Of a DNA stretch of 64,000 nt, positions 25,453-39,286 are shown one piece after another. Under the pieces are notes generated by a model. It did not search any database. It was not told the DNA's origin and saw only the letters and a program-made list of their open reading frames with translations. Every line of letters begins with the position of its first letter. Positions within the stretch are counted from its first letter, which is position 1. Source of the DNA: Azolla caroliniana (Eukaryota > Plantae > Polypodiophyta); the NCBI GenBank assembly GCA_043228905.1, contig JBHGNT010000009.1, forward strand, positions 5,084,001 through 5,148,000. The letters run 5' to 3'. The translations under genes were made by a program, and so were the position numbers.

Positions 25453-28400
25453 ATAACAATTAACATGTATAAGGAGGTGTTTTTTTATTTCTCTTCATAG
25501 TATGCATTTTTTTTTTTTTTCTTTTTCCATTGGATTCTAGCTATCTATTATATATGATCAATTAATTGTTTTTGGTCCTTTTTATATTTTTATATATACA
25601 ATTTGCATAGCAAGATGTTTTTGTTTTCTTTTTCCCCTGTTTATTTCCAGTCTCTTTTTTGTGCCAAAATTTAGATGTTTACGTAATATATGTATGTGTA
25701 TATATGTATATGTTGATATTTTATGAAATGGTGTTGTGAAGGCCCGATATATTTGTTTTCATTTTTATCTTGTTGATTTCCACTTCCTTTTTTTGTGAAA
25801 ATTTAGATGCTTACATAATGCATGTAGATTTATTGTATGATATAGTCTTTTGGATTTCTCTTTATGTTATAGTTTGATATTTTGTTTTTGTGCTAGTTGT
25901 ATAAATTCGTATGCCTATATGTATTTATTATAGTTGTGTGAATAGATGTTTTGTGCCTGTCTATGTGCTGTTTTTTTCCCATTCTTAGCTGTATATATAT
26001 CTATGAAATGTATGATGATAAGTTTTGGATTATATGTATTTATGAAATGTATAATGAGCAGTTTTGGATGATATATATCTTGATTTTTTAACTGTATTTA
26101 TGTCTATATTGTATGATATGTATCTTGATCCAGACTTTTACTCTTTTTATCCAACTTCTTCGTGTTAATATGTTTCTCTCTCTCTCTCTCTCTCTATGGT
26201 GGCTATCCTGTTTCAGTGAATATATATTTTTTGTGCAACTAATGGGATCTTATGTGTTCCAGCCGTACGAAACATGACGATGCTGAAAATGAGAAACGGA
26301 GTAATAATCAAACCCCGAAAAGATACCGACCCAAGCCAAAAGAGTAAGCATTGGGTCAAAATGTTTGATAGAATGTGGTGTAACTATGGTCATTTGATTT
26401 CTTGCCCATTAATTTTGACCTACATAAAGAGAGGAGAAGAAAGATGAACCTGATGAACCCAAATACCGCGATCGAGCAAAAGAACGTAGGGAAGATCAAA
26501 ATCCAGATTATGACCATACTGCTGCTGAATTAGGCTCTCTTCATGCAGTGGCTCCACCGGGTACAGTTGATTTGAGGTATCTATCCACTTGCTTTCTTAC
26601 CATGTTTTGAAATTTCTGTTTGAATTCCATGTTCACTCTATTGAAACTCGAGCCAGTTTTAGAGTGTCAGTGCCCTATCCATTGTATTGGAACAAAGTGC
26701 ATTCAGAGCTCAGTATAATGTTCTCATTATTTTGTAACTTGAGACTACTTTTAGAGATGAGTGTGATGTATGTGCTCCTTGTGAGTTCAGGACCACAGAT
26801 GCTCATAGAATATCAATTGAGAACAGTAAGTTTCTGGGAGGTGACGTTGAGCACACACATCTTGTGAAGGGGCTTGATTTTGCCTTGCTCCATAAGGTTC
26901 GAAGTGAGATTGACAGAAGGCCAGAAGATGATGATGATGCTGAAGATTTAAAGCGCAAGTAAGCTGCCATTAAAAAATGTGCCATTAGTGTGCTCTTGCA
27001 TCATGATTTACAATGTTTTTTGTGGATATGACTTATCTATACAGAGCACGGCAAGAGGAAAATGCAATGGTGTTCCGAACGTCATCAGCCAAGGTATAAT
27101 TTATCTGAAGGAATTTCCCTTTACGATAGTAATGAGCATGTGACTATTGTACAGCTCAAGTAAACACTTCTTTTGCCGTTTTGCAATTTTATGCACCAAT
27201 AAACACCACTGGTTAGGTCTTATCTGAATGCAGTAATGCAATAATATTCATCAGTAACATACAAGAATAGGTGCCTTTATGTTGAGGTTGGATGGTGGTT
27301 CTTGTTGAATCTTAAAAATAGTCACAGGTTCATGCAGAAATCTTAAAAATAGTCACTTACATTGTCGTAATGAGAAGCCATGTTAATATGGATGATGTCT
27401 ATTTCAATTGATAGAATTCAGGACATGGACAACATGATTGGGTTTTTATCTTACATATTCTGGGGCTGAGGTTCTAAAATCTTTTTAATTTTTATTCTTC
27501 TAGATGGTTTACCAATGGCTTGTAAAGCCTCAAAGTTTCAATAAGACAAATGAAATGTTTTTGCCAGGGAGAACAGCCTTTGTCTACAATTTGGTAAATG
27601 CTTATTGTCCCAAACGAAATCGCTGTCGTTCGATTTCTTTTTAATTTTCTTAGTTGTCTCTATGAGATGTGTGTTAGTTAATCATGTTAAATGTTGCTCT
27701 TCATGTAGGAGGAGGAATTTGCACCTGACATACCAACCACTTTACATCGAAGTAAAGCAGATTGTCCTGTGCCACAGGTTTACTACTAGATCTATTTTTA
27801 CTGATTGTGCTAAAACATGAGAAAACAAGATGATAAATGAACTCCTTATTTCTTCCTTATGATGAGTTTTTTAGCATGTATGAACAGTGCAAACTTTTCT
27901 GTAGGAAATGGTGACTGTGTCTGTGGATGGGACTGTACTAGAACGTATTGCCAAGATAATGACATATCTTCGTCTTGGGTCCTCTGGAAAGGTAAACCTC
28001 TTAATGGCTGAAGATAAATCCGAAATGTTACTTGTGATAAATGTTTCCTTTGTAACAAAAAATGTATTCCATGCAGGTCTTGAAGAAGAAGAAAAAAGAG
28101 AATGGAGGTAATGATCCACAAATTTCTAGATTTACTTTATTTTCAAATTTTATAAGTGTTTATTTTCTTGGGTTGTGTATGACTTTAAGAACGAGTTTCA
28201 CATGAAAATAAAGTGGTGAATTTCTAGCTTTGATTTTTTTTCCGTTGTTTCCAAACATAATGCATATTGCTTGAATTATACATGTCTTTAAGCAGTGAAA
28301 GGATCATCACCAACTGATGAACATTTTTTTTGAATGTAATGCATGCATGTTTATTGCATGGATTGTTTTATATGTTTTTATGCAGTGAAGAGATCATCAT

Positions 28401-30704
28401 TTTCATGTGGAAACGAACCTGTGGCTTACTAGCTTTCTCAGCTTTGCCTTCTTTTTGAATGAATTATAGAAATGTATATTGTTGATTGAATTGTTTATGT
28501 TTTCAAGCAGTGAAAGGACTCTTTCTACATGAAAAATGGACATACCCATGAATTTCCAACTTCATCTTATTGTTTTGTATAATGATAATTTATGAAGATG
28601 TTCATCACATGGATTGGTTTGTGTATGCCTATTATTAAGCAGTGAAAGGACTACTTTCACATGAAAATGGAGGTCAGGAAAAAAAGCATGAGAATAACGC
28701 AGCCTCTAAACAGCCAGATCTTACTAATCTGTTGCCCCCTCCCCCTCCACTTCCCAAGAAGATATCAGCTCCACGCGTCGATGATGATGACATCTTTGAA
28801 GGTGCAGGAGTTGATTACGTACCAACTATTAATAACAATGCTAATGAAAGCCCCATCTCTGAAGACATGGAAGAATCGCCTCGTGAGGGGCCAAGACCTA
28901 CTTCATACTTTGCCGAACCAGATTATGGACCTGTGCCACCACCTGATACCACTCAGGAATGGGCACAATCGGTATGTGAAAATTGAAAACATAATTAACA
29001 CACTGAATATTCCAAAGGTTCTCTTTGTTTCCCCATATGGCCATACATTTTCATTAAATCCCTGAATGCTCCTAGTTGACCACTCTCTGTAAATGATGCC
29101 TTTCTCTCTCTTTCTTTTCCATTTTCAGTCTACCCCTCTTTCTCTCTCTCTTTCTCCAGTTCAGGTTGACAAGGGTGTTGACCAGGGTAAGCTGGTGAAT
29201 CGATGGAAATTTGGTCCTGTTTGTGGAATAAAGAAAACCACATGGGTTGTTCGGACATTTTCCCTATGTGATAAATGGTTGCTTGAATTAGATGTATCTT
29301 TCACTATTCTCTTCTGCATATTGATTCTTCTGTTTAATCTTTTATAGGCAGGGTATGATGCAATGCAAGGACCATTACTGCCATCCTCCTATCAAAGAGA
29401 GTGGCAAGAGTATCCTCCTCCGCCTCCTGAGACATATGCAGGGCCATGGCTTCCTGACCAAGTGCCTTATTCTGAGCAATATATGTCGGCCCAAGTAACT
29501 GATTTAATGACACAAGCAGCAGCAGTGGGAGGGTTGCCGATTCAGGATCCAAGATTCATGACACAAGAAGAGAAAGACCGTGGGTTTGGTTCGGTTTTCA
29601 AGAGGGATGATCAACGGTTGCAGCAACGGAGAGAAATGGATATCCGAGAGAAAGATCCAAACTTCATTTCAGCTAGCTACTCAGAGTGCTATCCAGGATA
29701 CCAAGAATACAATCGCGAGGTTGTAGACAGTGACGAGGATGAAGACCTAACGAAGATGGATATGGGTGGAAGAGTAAGGAGACAATTTTCTACTTTTTGT
29801 TTCGCTTTTTTAATTTCTCAAGAAAATGAAGACCTAACCAAGAGTCTGGTAGATGTAGCTGTTTTTCATAGCGAAAACGGGGAATTTCTATTTTTTATTT
29901 TTGTTTTTTTGTTTGAATTATTTCATTCCTTTGATGATTTGTTTGAATGTATGGGTAATTATTTTTTCTTTATTGATTTCTTCACATCTCTCCTTCATGT
30001 CTATATGATCAATGCATTCGATCCATCATAATTTTACTCTCCTTCATTTTGGTATTGGTGGTCTTCTTGGCGCCCATCACGGTTGGGTCATTAATCACCT
30101 TTCATTGATTTAATTCCAAGTTCCCCCTTTTTTACCTTTCTCCTTTTGTCTCCTGAGGCCATGATTCCCTTGTTTGATTTCTTCGCTTCCTCATCTATAT
30201 TATGAATGCATTCTATCCATTATAATTCTATTCTTCACCTCTCAGGCACTTGATTCTTTTGTTTAACCCTGTTTTATTAATCCATATATTTGGATTCAAA
30301 ACTCATTTACCACCTATTCTCCAACTGCGTGATCAAAATTCGATTCTCTATCGATTATCTTCACGTTTTCTCTATATGTATTAATGCTTAGCAACTAATT
30401 TTTTTCTATTTTGTCTTCGGCATAGGCGAAAGGTCGGTTGCATAGGTGGGATTTTGAGACAGAAGAAGATTGGGCCAAATATAATGAACAGAAGGAAGCA
30501 ATGCCAAAGGCTGCATTCCAGTTTGGAGTAAAGATGCAAGATGGCCGGAAGACCCGAAAGCAAAACAAAGATCAGAAATTGAACAATGAGCTTCACAAGA
30601 TCAATCAAATCATGGATAAGAAGAAGAAAGAGAAGCCTGGATCATTTGATGAACCTAGCCACTTTGATGAAGAGATACAGCCTGGAAAAAGGCTGCGAGT
30701 TTAG
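25160..30704 (+). CDS. SMU2: Spliceosomal protein SMU2 / RED (IK family), ~654 aa, 12 exons
   Basis: Exons 25160-25368, 26263-26343, 26430-26576, 26791-26958, 27045-27093, 27504-27593, 27709-27777, 27905-27991, 28077-28107, 28643-28971, 29348-29773, 30426-30704; 1965 nt, open. Motifs: LSNDDFRR, KYRDRAKERREDQNPDY, SKFLGGDVEHTHLVKGLDFALL, DIPTTLHRSKADCP, YSECYPG, RWDFETEEDWAKYNEQKEAMPKAAFQFGVKMQDGRKTR. Confidence 0.93.
28265..28680 (+). repeat. Four tandem degenerate copies of the intron-9 acceptor / exon-10 start of SMU2
   Basis: a(a/t)gcag|tgaa(ag/ga)ga with AG ending at 28295, 28385, 28510 and 28642, each preceded by similar U-rich sequence. Confidence 0.8.
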
Positions 30705-30894
30705 AACCCTTTTATCTATAGATTGATTTGCATTGTTGCAAATATTGTCTGGGGAGATGTTCTATATGATTTTTGAGTTGGAAATGAAAATGTAAGTTAT
30801 ATGTATTCTTCATAATGATTCACTCTTTTTGCATTATCCAAACTAATGTTTCTTTGAGTCAAATCATTGATGTATATACACCTATGCTGCGAAC

Positions 30895-31465
30895 AATCCT
30901 CGAGGATGCATGCTTAATTTCAAAGAAAAATAGACAACATTCAACAATATTATGGTTAATAACAAACAGTATGTGAAGCAATTGAATATGATCAACCAAC
31001 ACCACAAGCTGTACCAAAGTCTATAATAATCCTCGAGGATGCATGCTTAATTTCAAAGAAAAATAGACAACATTCAACAATATTATGGTTAATAACAAAC
31101 AGTATGTGAAGCAATTGAATATGATCAACCAACACCACAAGCTGTACCAAAGTCTATAATAATCCTCGAGGATGCATGCTTAATTTCAAAGAAAAATAGA
31201 CAACATTCAACAATATTATGGTTGATAACAGTATGTGAAGCAATTGAGTACGATCAACAGACTGATGGATTGAATATGATCAACCAACACCACAAGCTGT
31301 ACCAAAGTCGAATAATCCTTGAAGAAGCATGCTTAATTTCAAAGAAAAATAAACATTCAACAATATTATGGTTAATAACAGTATGTGAAGCAATTGAATA
31401 TGATAAACAGACTGATGGATTGAATATGATCAACCAACACCACAAACTGTACCAAAGTCTATAAT
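30895..31465. repeat. ~133-bp tandem array, 4 copies, downstream of SMU2
   Basis: aatcctcgaggatgcatgcttaatttcaaagaaaaat...ccacaagctgtaccaaagtc at ~30895, 31028, 31161, 31314; last two copies share a ~25-bp insertion. Confidence 0.92.
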
Positions 31466-32462
31466 ATCATGACATTGACCTTAATATGCATGTTCTCTTA
31501 TCAAGATACAATGTACTTAAATACTCTGTAAGGAAGTGTACGTATATTGTCCTGTCAGTGTGAATACTTGCATATTTTGTGCATTTATATCTTGCCTTCT
31601 CCAAAGCAGGTAAAGGGAGTACAAAGAACAAGATTTGGCTGCTTGAATCACTAAATTTGTTATTTTTTGCAGCATATCATATTTAAATGGTGTACTTGAT
31701 GTCTCAAAAGCATTTGCTAAGAGATGAGTTTTCTTAGCAAATGCTTAAAATCATCCTTGTTAATATTTCTCATTGACTCTATATCTTTTGCTTAGAAACA
31801 TTGTTGGGTGCTTCTAGTTGTATGCAAGCGATTGTGAGGGAGAATGCGGAATACCTCTAGGGAAGAGAAGAAACACCTTACCCAAGGATACCAATATATA
31901 CATGCCATGCATATGGCACGTGATATGATTTTGAGTTTCTACCCATGGTACCGGTAGGTGATGGCGTTGCCCATAGATGATACAACTAGGTGATGGCATT
32001 GGTAATACATGATACATGTTTAAAACTCTCTACTCTTATTTTCATAGATCTTCTTCAATTGTTTTGTTCTCATAGATTTACCTACATTTTCACAGTTCGT
32101 GCAATGTAAGGAGCGACAAGTTTTAATTTAAGAGCATTATTAGAAAAATAAACCATCATAACTATAAATTGCAAATGTTAGGGCACCATGCTAATGCAAT
32201 CGGCAATAGTAGGTGTGATATCAATGATTGATTATACAATATAATGCCAATGTGTGATGTTCACACTATTGGTGTTATGCAAAGATACATAATACACGTG
32301 AGAAAGTAGGCGACATTGTTGAAATGTAGCATAATGTCAAATACTAGGAACATCTAAATGATGGTGATGGCATAAAGATTGCTCATAAACATGAGGAATG
32401 GTGGAAGCCTCGCAAGAGGATCAATTAGTGTTCTCAGAAGGAGAACATATACTCCAAAGAAA

Positions 32463-33430
32463 TCAAGGGGGAACATTAGAGGGAATGTCTGAGATGACCA
32501 CAGTGCGAACTAAGACATTTTTGGGGATGTTGATGATGATGACACCGTTTTTGTCTTGAGTTTGAAATTTGTTGAGGTTAGAATCATTAGGAAGTTGAAA
32601 TGTTCGTAAAAACTTCCCATGAGCCCTCTCTGCGAGGTGCCACCTTCCCTTCATCCCATCATCCTTCATGTTGTTGTCCCCATTTATTTGAAGCACATTC
32701 CCAGGCAATATTTCCACATTCACATCCTCCTTTGTTGAGCCTATTTTTTCATTAAAACCCAACAATTACATCTTGAGAAACCACCTTTTCAAACAAGGCC
32801 GTCCATGTTAAAAATTTCTATTTCCTTAATCGTTCTAAACTATCTAAACACATAAATTTGTTGGGGAATCTTTGTATTTTGGATGGTTGAGAAATGCATG
32901 TTTTTCGATTACGAGAATGATTTGGAAGTTGTTGACATAATGGCCATGGTATTGTATAAATACTTTTGCCTTCATTTTAAATCTTATTACCATATGTTCT
33001 TGACAACTTATTTAAATTGAGCAAACCTAAGTCATTATATGATAGTTCTGTAATTGGTTTCTTTATTTCCACAAAAGTGCTAGAAGTTCCAATTAACTCA
33101 AATTTGCTTAACTGGGAGAGAAGAACCACACAACTAAATTTATGCACGAAAAACACATAAAACTAATATTGGAAGTTAGTTATTATATAAAAGTAACATT
33201 TGCATGACAATTAACGAAAGTTATGATAACTCTTTCCACTCCATCAAATTTCAATGTTTTTTCAAAACTTAAGGAAACCAAATATATGAGCACGAAGTCC
33301 AAAAATTTCAAGCATTTGTTTTTTCACCTGGTACATTGACCTTAAAAATGTGCTCTTTGTTTGTTTCAAACCAATCAATCTTGACTTCTCCAATGCTTTC
33401 ACGGACGGCAATGGGTGGAGACGATGCCAT
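32463..33430 (-). CDS. Small heat shock protein (HSP20 / alpha-crystallin domain), 126 aa, 2 exons
   Basis: Exon 1 33430-33328 MASSPPIAVRESIGEVKIDWFETNKEHIFKVNVP(G); GT-AG intron; exon 2 32740-32463 STKEDVNVEILPGNVLQING...WHLAERAHGKFLRTFQLP...NGVIIINIPK. The phase-1 junction restores VPG. Confidence 0.85.
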
Positions 33431-34938
33431 ATCTCAAATTGATATATCGAATTTGGAAATCTCGCAAATTTAAAATGATCAAGAATGTAGTCTGCTAATG
33501 CAAGCCCCATATAGTTCCACCCTATTTATGTAGTTTAGGTTACAACTTAAAGTACTTCTTTTGACAACTTGCTTCTCTCTATATCAAAGCACCTATGTAA
33601 TACAAACCTCTTGAAGTTTTCTAGAGTCTAGTGCACAAAGTTGATCCTTGTTGATACCTAGTTTAGGCACTAGACCAGGAATAAGCTTACAAATTACCGA
33701 TACGACTTTACAATATGGTTTCAAAAAGTAAGGCAATTCATATGTACACATATATATTCTTAACTTCTACATGGAATACCTACACAAATTCTCAACCTTT
33801 GATTAAGATGTAAGAAACATATAGAAAAGTAGTGTCTACCAAATCATAATGTGATCATATTTTTACATTTCCAATGTATACATGAATGTCGATCTGTCTT
33901 TCAAAAAGGCTTCAATTGGTATAATATATAGAATCATGAGTTATAACAACCCCCTTAAGGATTTATTACAAATGCGTATAATCAAGGTAATATTATAAAC
34001 ATAAATTTCGAAAACATAATGCTAGAACAACAAATACTTTAGGTATAAATGAGGCTTGTCAGGCTTTCAATTCTGTTTATATGATAATGCAAATTATTAC
34101 ATTTACAAAGGACCATACTCAAAACTCAATATCAAAGGTGATGGCCATGGGCCACTCAACTAAAGCCACTTTATGCACACATATATATAATTTTATTTGA
34201 ATTGAATTAAAAACATTCTTAAAAGAATGGATTTATAGCATCGAAAGGAAGTTCAAAATATTGAAGCATGCCTTCATATTATATAAAATATAGGAATCAT
34301 GCATTGGTTGGCAATATAGAATATTAGGAACTAATACTCTATTGATGATTAACTTGACATTATAAATAGATTAATGCATATACATCAAAGTGGTACAACG
34401 TGGGAATATGATACAAACCGTATCGTAAAACCATTGGAGTCAAAAACCGTACTAATGTTTGCGATTTTCAATGACAAAGCTTATCAAACATAAGCATGTT
34501 TGCAAGATTTAACTTTCCATAAAACATTATATGCACAATACATCAGACATTAAAAAAAACGCTACATTTTATTTGTATATGTCTATTACATAGGACATTA
34601 CAAGTTGTTTTACATGCATGTGTTTAGTTCTCGGACACTCAAAATATCGGATCTTCAATCGACAAAACCTTGCTTTTACCACACAAGCAAAGAAATAGAT
34701 ACATGCATTTCTGTACATTTTCTATTAATATCAGCGGCAATAAATGACATATATAATCAACTGAAATGTTTTTCTTATTGTGTCATGTGGACTTCATCAT
34801 AAGAGAGACATGATGAATACAAAATCATCTACACTTATATCGCACGTGATGGAGCGAGAGAGAGAGACTTTGTTATCATTGTCATCCTGGTCACGCGTTG
34901 GGATTGGAGAAGTAAACTTTCTTTATCTTGAGCATTAC

Positions 34939-37900
34939 TTAGATTTGATATGTCATCCCCACCTGGAGAAATTGTGAAGGGGGGATGTCGAGGAAAGCCA
35001 ATGCCGACCTACAATTTGTCGCTAAGAAATGGTAGAGATGGTTTATAACAAAGCTCTCAAGCCAGTTTGTACTAGCACTAGTTTGTAAGTTTATCTTACC
35101 CAACACATAAATCGCACCTTTCGTCACCGCCGCCTCCAACTCTCTGGCTTCTGTTTCCTCTTCCTGTTTTCTAAATGCTTCTTGCCCCTCCATACCTTCA
35201 TCTTCCGGCACATGATTTACCTTGGGATTGAATGTGTTGTTTCCATCACAAGACAATCGGTCCTCATTAGAAATATGCTTCTTTAGGCAATTGATTATTT
35301 CATCCAAAATGGTGGCATGTTGTATGCTCATTAAATCCATATAGCCATATCTTGCAATGCATCGATAAACTCCTTTATATGGAAACCGGTCCACGAGAAA
35401 TCTCTCATCAGGTAACACTGTCCTCACGGGTATGTAACGAATTGTGACGAACACCAATACTTGATGTAGAGTCCCAACACATCTTACATAATGGGTTATG
35501 ATAGGAGGTAGCCCATGTACTAGATCACTGTAGAATAAGCAAACACCTGGTACTCGGACAACGCTATCGTCAAAGAGAAGCTTCTGGAGCTCTTGTTTTG
35601 AGATTTTTCTTGATGCCTCATACTCATACTTCTTCTGCCTTCCATAGATCCATGATAGCATGATGATGAGGAAAAAAAAAGCGATTGCAAATGGTACCCA
35701 ACCACCTTGGGGCACCTTATTTAGGACGGACGTTAAATAAACCCCTTCAATAAAGCCAAAGGTGCAGAAAAAACACAAGATAATGGGAAGAGGCAACTTC
35801 CATAGAACAATCATGACCAATGTCACCAATAGTGTGGTGATGAGCATGACACATATGACGGCAACTCCTGCACAAACAGAAAAGAAAGTATAAGCGTAAA
35901 CCGACCACGAAACAATAGGCATTGTTCTTCAAAGTCACGACAAGATATAGAAACATAACACCGAGCAAGAGGATGGGGACGAAATAAAGGTGGCTTGAAA
36001 ATATCATCTATTACATGAGATTTAAGCTAGTTAGAAAAACTAAGTAGAAACATTAAAACAAATAAAGACAAAAATGTTAAGGACAACTTGAGATACATAT
36101 AGAAGTATTATAAAGATGAATAGGTACCAAACGCATTTCCTATTTGTGTCCCACTTTGAAATCCGAGGACGACTGCTATACAAAGGATCATCAAGCAATA
36201 GTTGGCTTCGGGTGAGTAGACCTCGCCTTCGGACTTCTCTGATGTGTGAACGATTCTCACTCTTGGGAAACAAGAAAGCGCCACCGACTGCTTGACAATG
36301 CTAAAGGTAGCTGATATGAGAGCCTGGCTAGCTACTATCGCCGCGAGTGTGGATACGACAAACATTGGCCAAAATACGGGTTTGGGTATGGATTTGAAGA
36401 ATGCATCCCCAAGATCGGACGGGTTTTTGATCAAATAGGCTGCTTCTCCCGCATATGTAAGGATCAAGGATGGGTACACGATGAACGAGAAGGCAATCTG
36501 TTAATATTGGGGGTGGTTCCCATAGAGAGTGAAATGTATTGCAACATACAAAGAAAACCAAGTTAAGTCATCACTATCAAAAGCCAAGAAGAACAAAGAC
36601 TTTTAAATTAGACTAGAAGTATCAGGGTTCCTACAATTGACCTGAAATAACATTTGATGGAATGCAAAAAGATAAAGTTCCACATAATGCACACTAAGAA
36701 ACACAATCATATATGATGCACAGTACCTGGATAGACCGCTTATTGAAATGACCCAAATCTGCAAACATAGCTTCGGCACCTATATCAATGCACATAAAAT
36801 TTGTTCAAATCAATTTACTGGGAACTAATTAAACCTCAAAGAGTTCTTAAATATTTCTGAGTAGCCTGATTTAAGTGCCCACTTTCCCTCCTGTTTCTGA
36901 CCTTACAATATTCAACGTTATGAGCTTTTGTATGTGTGACAGAGTATACCTAGCTATGTATCATGGGAATGTTTTGGACAGTTTTCCAATTTGTGGAATA
37001 GTAGTGTGTCGGATAGTGGACAAGGTGCAATGAGGATTGAAGGGGGGGGGGGGGGGGGTTGGGATTGCATGAATGATCTTTCCCAGCTTCCCATATGGTA
37101 AAGAGGCCCCTTCTTTCTCGCAAATTCTCCATTGTACCATGTGAAGACGAATACATTTTCCTTAATGTTCCCCATTTTCCAACCATAATGTTAGATTCTG
37201 AATCCTAAACCCTGCCTACCAGGTTTTAGGTGCTTTTCGAGTGCCCAATGTTTTACCACCCAAATGACAAGTGTCAGACCAGCATTACCTGTTATGCATA
37301 ACACGATGGCTCCCAACATTACCCATCCATGCTTGCCATGATGCATGAAAAAGAGAAGGATATAATGTGGAGAGAGAGCCTTGAAAACTCCCGGATAGTA
37401 TACGATGATGTTGTAAACACCGATCAGTGCGGTGCTGAGGAACCATGCAACCATTATTGGGGAAAACAGGAAGCTGACTTTGTGTGTTCCGAAGCCTTGT
37501 AGGAGGAACAGAAATAGTAGAATAACTGCCGATACAATCACTACGGCATCTGCATAAAAACATGAGCCCACGTAGTTTGCGGTCGGATCAAAATGTTGTA
37601 TGAAACAGAAAACATCTTTGTTTAACAAAGAATAGCATGGATTTTGTCACGCTGACAAAAAAAAAAATCATGTAAAAAAGAACATCAATAACAGACCGAA
37701 TTTCATAAAGAAAGCATGTCGAAAACCAATTAAATATATTCAAACCAATACTCAAATTCATGAAGAAAAGGAGGCAAACAAAAGAAAAACAAAACATCAA
37801 CAATAATATACCGATTTGATCAAAAAGGAAGAAGAAGAAAAAGCTAAGAATTTTTCACCCTGGTTTAGGCTAGGGTTTTGTGACTTGATGCCACCGATCG

Positions 37901-38576
37901 CCGACAGCACTGGAGAAAACAAACACACACATATATAAACAATAACTTGCAGAAAAGTGTACTTAATGTGATAAGTATGTCAGAAAAATAATATATTTGA
38001 TAGCAACATAAATAAAATAAAATGAATTGAGTTTTGTTTTACCAGAAATGGCAGGTGTCAGGACCCCATCTCCTATAACCATACATGTCCCCAACATCAC
38101 TAACCACATGAGTGCCTTCTGCGCAAACCTGCTTTCCTCAATAAACTTAAGTGCCTTTGCATTCATACTACTAGACCGAGTCTGCCCCGGTGTGGATCCA
38201 TAGAACCTAAGCTCAGAATCAGATTCCAGACGTGTTAACTGCTTCGACTTCCTGCGGTCTGGCCTCAGGTTTATGTTCCGTGATAGCAATGAATACAATG
38301 CAAATGTACCACCTGCCAATCATGTTGGGCATAACTCAATCAAATCCGATTCCGAGTCGAACTGCAACAAACTTGTCGGACGACATAAAAGACTATATAA
38401 AATGGTGATTTTAAAACACCAAAATTCCCCTAGCATGTTGGGTACATTCAACCAAGAGTATTATCCCAAAATTTTCAGGAATTTGGCATTCCTGGATAAA
38501 ATATTGAAAACTCCTATGTAGTCATTTGAGCACTTTTCCCTAGAGATCATAATCTGCCAAAGCATACATACATACA

Positions 38577-38609
<33 letters not shown>

Positions 38610-39249
38610 TGGATATATTCAAAATTGTTTCTTTTCGATACCTTCGCCATGATCATCAGCTCGGAGAACGATGAACACATACTTAACGAGAGCTATCATG
38701 GTCAGGGACCAGAAGATGAGGCTCAAGACGCCGAGGAAGTCTTCTGAGGTTGACAGCGGATACTCAAGTGAGGAGAACACGTATAGCGGGGATGTGCCAA
38801 GGTCACCGTAAACCACACCAAGTGTCTGGTAAGCCATAAGGATGGTCTCCCAAGCTCCATATATCTACCATGATGAATTAAAAACAAAAAGACACCAGTA
38901 ACAATATTCCCTTGCATTAAAGATTGCCAATTTAATCAATAAACAAAAGATTATATCATTAGTCACCAATGCTTAATGCGTGCGTGCATGCGTGTGCGTG
39001 TGTGTATAAGTACCTTGTGTTTTAAAGGATGTTGATCAGGAAAATAAGCTTCTGAGAGGGAACGAGCAATGGATTGTTGGGGATTAGTGCTAATCACGTG
39101 ATTATTGTTATGATTAACGCATCTTCTTTCTTCATCATAGGTGGTTTCATCATCTTTCACACATTCAATACTAAAACTTGTATCATTAGTCATGGGTTGG
39201 TGATGGTAGTTATCATTAACCACTACCACCACCTCTTCATCTTCTTCTT

Positions 39250-39286
<37 letters not shown>

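Noticed and set aside
32463-32765. sHSP ORF as a truncated pseudogene
   Set aside because: The missing N-terminal exon is present at 33430-33328 and splices in frame.
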